A DNA stretch of 49,710 nt from Pyrinomonadaceae bacterium (GTDB lineage: Bacteria; Acidobacteriota; Blastocatellia; Pyrinomonadales; Pyrinomonadaceae): assembly GCA_036395055.1 (NCBI GenBank), contig DASWDX010000523.1, forward strand, positions 1-49,710, in the 5' to 3' direction. A program made the translations under genes and the position numbers. The notes under the pieces were generated by a model, which saw only the letters and a program-made list of their open reading frames with translations, had not been told where the DNA came from and searched no databases. This document shows, one piece after another, positions 45,926-49,710 of the stretch. The first letter of the stretch is position 1, and each line of letters starts with the position of its first letter.

Positions 45926-45955
45926 AGCATATTGATTATTGCGCAGAATTGTCAA
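45926..45955 (-). promoter_or_regulatory. Sigma-70-like promoter TTGACA-18 nt-TATGCT
   Basis: Read on the minus strand: -35 at 45955-45950 and -10 at 45931-45926. Perfect -35, 4/6 match at -10. Confidence 0.4.
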
Positions 45956-46507
45956 ACTCTCGATCATTTGCGGCCTGAGCCAGCGACGGGTTTCGAATAT
46001 AGACTCACATTATCGGAGTGAACGAGGAAATGAATGTAAATCACTCATTCTCACTTGTAATTTTCTGAGGATAAGCAAATCAGTCCTGGCGATCAACGAT
46101 CTTGAAAGGGGGAAACGTCGCCGAAACTATCCACTTTGATGGTGCTTGAGAAGGCGCAACCTACCGGGTTCGGATCCTTAGATATCGAGGAGTGCGATTC
46201 ACGAGATTGTAAACACCGGAAACTTGTCGTTTATTGCAACGGAATTTAGTTCCTCCCGGAACACAACATGGTCGTTACGAAATCCGCTCGCAGACTTTCT
46301 TCCCGATAGGAGAAACCACAGTCATTTGCAGAGCCTTTCCCCTGATCCAACGTTTTCCTCTCACCGTCTTTAATCAACGTCAAATTCTTAAACGCGGAAC
46401 TCAACCGAAATCTGTTATGGTCATCCGGCCATAAAGATCAAAAAGCGATCCAGTAAAGGACTGGAGTAGACCAACTATCCGCACACATACGTTATGGAGA
46501 ACTGATT

Positions 46508-47242
46508 ATGCAAGGTGACAACATGCGCGTGAAAACAGTATGTCGGTTGTGCTTCTTGGCAAGGTTTGATTTGCTTCCGCTCGTCGGTTTGGTCATTCTA
46601 GTTGCAATGATGGGCCCTGTCACAGCCTATTGCCAGTCGAACAACGACTCGACTTCACAAGCTACCACGAGTGCGGAGAATGATCCCCCGAACGGGATCC
46701 GCAGGGGTACGAATGAGTTTGGCGTCTTAGCTGCAATTTCGTTCGATGCAGTAGGTGACACGCCGGACGCGCGATTCGGCAGTATCGCTCTACGTTATGG
46801 GCGTGTTCTGGCGGCCAACAAGACGCTGGCATTCGAATGGACGATTGACGCTTTTCCGCTAGCCATTCTATCTAGCGATCACGTCACTTTTACGCAGACT
46901 GGGCCTGGTACCTTCATCAAGACGACCACCCGAGAGAGGGTCTACGGAGCGGGACTAGCACCCATTGGATTGAAATTTAATTTTAGGCCGCAACGTCGTG
47001 TGCAACCCTTTGCGAGTACAACCGGCGGTTTTCTTATCTTCAAAGAAGACGTTCCAGTCGCTGGGGCAGCTCAATTTAATTTCACGTTCGATTTCAACGG
47101 CGGGATTCAAATTGTTAATAGTTCGCGTCGTGCTTACACTTTGGGCTACAAGTACGAACACATTTCAAACGGTTTTCGATCGCAAATAAACCCGGGCGTG
47201 GATGTGCATGTGTTTTATGTTGGATTTTCCGTCTTCAGATGA
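46508..47242 (+). CDS. PagL-like lipid A 3-O-deacylase / acyloxyacyl hydrolase outer-membrane beta-barrel
   Basis: Signal sequence, alternating beta-strand pattern, the GYKYEHISNGF motif (H-x-S-N of the PagL family), and a C-terminal aromatic ...GFSVFR. GGAGAA Shine-Dalgarno. Confidence 0.65.
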   Translation: MQGDNMRVKTVCRLCFLARFDLLPLVGLVILVAMMGPVTAYCQSNNDSTSQATTSAENDPPNGIRRGTNEFGVLAAISFDAVGDTPDARFGSIALRYGRVLAANKTLAFEWTIDAFPLAILSSDHVTFTQTGPGTFIKTTTRERVYGAGLAPIGLKFNFRPQRRVQPFASTTGGFLIFKEDVPVAGAAQFNFTFDFNGGIQIVNSSRRAYTLGYKYEHISNGFRSQINPGVDVHVFYVGFSVFR

Positions 47243-47413
47243 GAGCAAATTTCGCCATGTGGACTGCGCTTAGTTACACGAGTGTTCTGTAGTTATCATC
47301 GCGGCGATAACGATCCACCCGCAGCCGGTCGCCGAGCAAGAAATAAGGGTGAGTGAAAGGTGAGTGAAGTTCTTCTGTGCGGTAAGGAAAGGAAAGACGC
47401 GTCACCTCTCGGA

Positions 47414-48563
47414 TCACTTAAGGTCGGTGATAAGGACCACGTCGTTCGTGACTTTACCACGAGCAAGCGCGAGCCACTTACCGTCGTGGGACCAGGCGAA
47501 GTTGAAAATCCGATCCCCATTAAAGTTAGTTACCTGCGTCGGTGGCCCACCCCCGATCTTTATGCAGTGTTTTACTGATGATCTGCTGCAACTCAGCAGG
47601 CGCTTCTGGTGAGAGTTGTGCAAGAGGCGGAGGCTCTCGCTCCAATATTGAGACGATCACATCGCTCGTCGTCGCCCCTTCAAACGGAGGATGACCTGTA
47701 ACCATTTCGTAGATCACCACACCCAGACTCCAGATGTCTGTCCGTCCATCTACCGATAGCCCTCTCGCCTGCTCCGGTGACATGTAGTTGGAAGTGCCCA
47801 TCATCACTCCAGTGTCCGTCGTCACCCGTGCCCCAGCAGGTGCTGCTACATCGGTAGCCTCTTGCTCGGTGAGCTTCGCCAGCCCGAAGTCGAGCACCTT
47901 CACATATCCATCGCGCCGGAGCATGATGTTCTCGGGCTTAATGTCGCGGTGCGTTACCCCAACCTCATGCGCCGCCGCTAAACCGGAGGCAACCTGCACC
48001 GCCACATCAAGCACTTCGCTCAGCTTCAGCCGAGCCTCTGTCATGTGCTGGCGCAGTGTCACACCATCAACGTACTCCATCGCGATGTAGTGACGACCCT
48101 CTTCGGTTTCACCTACCTCATAAATCACACAGACGTTCGGGTGCGACAGGGTTGATGCGGCGTGGGCCTCTTGTTCGAAGCGACGCAATCGATCTTTATC
48201 TGTCGTGAAGTGGGTCGGTAGCAGCTTCAGGGCGATCTTGCGGCCTAACCTTGTGTCGTGCGCCAGATAAACTTCCCCCATTCCACCCGTGCCAAGGGCA
48301 GCGATTATTTTGTAACGCCCAACAGACTGCCCGAGCACCGTTTTGACGGGATCAGTAACAAACAAGGGAGCGGCCATAGCCATGGCAGGTGAATCCAGTA
48401 AGCTTCCAGCTTGCGCCGACGCAGCAAGCAAACTCTCTACCTCTCGGCGCAGTTCATCATCGTTCGCACACACCTCATCGAGGTACGCAGCCAGTTGCTC
48501 CGGGTTGCGCTCCAGTGCTGTTTCCAGAATCCGGCTGGCTTGCTGCCAGCGTTCAGGATTCAT
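47414..48563 (-). pseudogene. Ser/Thr protein kinase with out-of-frame internal deletion (kinase domain joined to the last beta-propeller blade)
   Basis: ORF 47526-48563 has the full Hanks domain (GTGGMGEVYLA, HRDIKPEN, DFGLAK) but ends ...ISKTLHKDRGWATDAGN*. In the +1 frame the text continues IGGGPPTQVTNFNGDRIFNFAWSHDGKWLALARGKVTNDVVLITDLK*, the typical extreme C-terminus of kinase/TolB-propeller fusions. The TM segment and most of the propeller are missing. Confidence 0.6.
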
Positions 48564-49143
48564 CCTCCTGCTCCTTGCTTATCTCCCGATAGAGCCATGC
48601 TTTGGCCACGTTCCAATCTCGCGTCACCGTGTTCGGCGAGATTTTCAGCACCTCAGCGATCTCTTCGTTACTCAAGCCGCCAAAAAAGCGCAGTTCGACT
48701 ACCTGACTCCGCCGCACATCAATGACGGCCAGACTCTTCAGTGCATCGTCGAGCACAATCAACTCCCTCGCTCGTACCGGCGACAGGATGGCTGCTTCGT
48801 CGAGCGAGACCTTGAGAGCGCCGCCACCTCGCTTGGCATATGCGAGACTCTGCGCGTGCGTGATTAGGATGCGCCGCATCATGCGGGCAGCTATAGCAAA
48901 GAAGTGTGCCCGGTTCTGCCACTGCACATGCTTCTGGTCAATCAGCCGAAGATAAGCCTCCTGGACCACCGCTGTAGTTTGCAGTGTGTGGCCGGGACGC
49001 TCCCGGCGCATATAACGGTGAGCCAGACGGCGTAGCTCCTCATAAACCAGCGGGAATAAAGGCTCGACCGCGTCCTGCCTGCCGTTGCTCCAATCGATCA
49101 ACAGTTGAGTTACTTCGTGGGGTGCTGGGGTAGAGCGTGTCAT
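48553..49143 (-). CDS. ECF-type sigma-70 factor (kinase-associated ECF group, TIGR02999-like)
   Basis: VTQLLIDWSNGRQDAVEPLFPLVYEELRRLAHRYMRRERPGHTLQTTAVVQEAYLRL is the characteristic N-terminus. Region 4 reads LSNEEIAEVLKISPNTVTRDW. Its end overlaps the kinase start by 11 nt. Confidence 0.85.
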   Translation of the reverse strand: MTRSTPAPHEVTQLLIDWSNGRQDAVEPLFPLVYEELRRLAHRYMRRERPGHTLQTTAVVQEAYLRLIDQKHVQWQNRAHFFAIAARMMRRILITHAQSLAYAKRGGGALKVSLDEAAILSPVRARELIVLDDALKSLAVIDVRRSQVVELRFFGGLSNEEIAEVLKISPNTVTRDWNVAKAWLYREISKEQEDES

Positions 49144-49486
49144 GAGAACCCCTGGTGTTGATTAACGAAAGCCGAAAGGATCCAAAGTATAACACCTTAC
49201 AAAGCAAGGGCACACAGAGCGTCAAACTTGGGTAGTCCAACTTTGGGAACACCACCCCACCCCAAACTTTTCTGAAAGATTATTTGGTGTTGCATGGTGG
49301 TTGGAGGACCAAATTCTTGCGTTTAAAGGTGAGGGCAGCACGGTCGTTTGGCAGTTTTTGCGATCTGTTCACGCCTTATTAGGTAGATACCGTAGTGCGC
49401 TTCCCTCAAGCACCAAACGGATTAGGTTGAGGTTCCACCTCGTCTGCATTTTACAAAAACTCATAACTGAAAGAAGGGATTCAAGT

Positions 49487-49710
49487 ATGAAACTCAAAAT
49501 GCGAACTAGGGACATGACGATCAAGAGATTGGACCACGTCAGCGTCGTCGTCGACGACCTTGCAGCCGCTATGATGCGGACCCCAGATGGGCACGGGCGG
49601 CTTGAGCTGACGAAGTTTCGCAATCCAAAACTGGTCGAGATCGAACCGGCGATCGCACCGCCGAACACGCTGGGCCTCCGGAGCGTCATGTTTACAGTCG
49701 AAAGCGTCGA
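49487..49710 (+). CDS. VOC (glyoxalase/bleomycin-resistance) family protein, 3' end beyond the window; possible in-frame internal deletion
   Basis: AAGAAGGGA Shine-Dalgarno. The protein reads ..IKRLDHVSVVVDDLAAA|MMRTPDGHGRLELTKFRNP...PPNTLGLRSVMFTVESV. The ORF is open to the window end and is not in the supplied track because it has no stop. Confidence 0.6.
   Translation, partial: MKLKMRTRDMTIKRLDHVSVVVDDLAAAMMRTPDGHGRLELTKFRNPKLVEIEPAIAPPNTLGLRSVMFTVESV

Noticed and set aside
49195-49275. Repeated AAACTTGGG / AACTTTGGG / CCCAAACTTT motifs upstream of the ECF sigma gene
   Set aside because: They are short and degenerate. I could not fit them to an ECF-type GGAAC-N16-CGT promoter or any spacing rule.
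49369-49689. 106-aa minus-strand ORF
   Set aside because: It is antisense to the VOC-family reading frame, which has a Shine-Dalgarno and recognisable motifs.
1-49710. Search for CRISPR arrays, rRNA, tRNA, intact IS elements or defence-system genes
   Set aside because: I found no regularly spaced repeats, no cloverleaf-compatible sequences, and no transposase, nuclease, helicase or ATPase genes typical of defence systems by reading both strands.

Overview
The gene content looks like a soil Acidobacteriota-type chromosome segment. This is an inference from four things: a PadR plus duplicated FtsX/MacB-like 'ADOP' permease pair, an ECF sigma plus Ser/Thr kinase pair, a roughly 1170-aa TonB-dependent receptor with a carboxypeptidase-regulatory-like N-terminus, and sensor proteins built from TolB-like plus TPR modules. 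No rRNA, tRNA or CRISPR array was found. (1) 1-24.8 kb is a pectin/hexuronate utilisation locus. It holds GH3, a KdgF-like cupin, a UxaA/GarD-family dehydratase, a NagB/6PGL-like protein, a KduD-like SDR, an ExuT-like MFS transporter, a GntR/FadR regulator, a GH105 fusion protein, GH28, a CE8-esterase fusion, a pectate lyase and a TonB-dependent receptor. A recurring TTGGT-N3-ACCAA operator-like palindrome sits in its promoter regions. (2) 25-33.7 kb holds an integrase remnant, a Ser/Thr kinase-TPR sensor, a secreted cupin, a wHTH-TPR regulator and a visibly GC-richer PAP2/vanadium-haloperoxidase-like gene. (3) 33.8-40.5 kb is a striking run of decayed genes: an M20 peptidase fragment, an amidase, an alpha/beta-hydrolase stub, an S9 peptidase and a duplicated S9 3' fragment. 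They surround one intact ggt. The 25.5-41.1 kb stretch is bracketed by two diverged copies of a roughly 170-nt noncoding repeat. (4) 41.4-49.7 kb holds PadR-ADOP, an Erm-type rRNA methyltransferase, a PagL-like deacylase, an ECF sigma with an internally deleted kinase, and a partial VOC gene. The Erm gene is preceded by what reads as a complete leader-peptide attenuator: promoter, 26-codon R-x-R leader ORF, four alternative pairing segments, an intrinsic terminator and a hairpin that sequesters the Shine-Dalgarno. This attenuator is the most interesting signal I can support. All product calls rest on motifs recognised by eye in the supplied translations; no database search was run.
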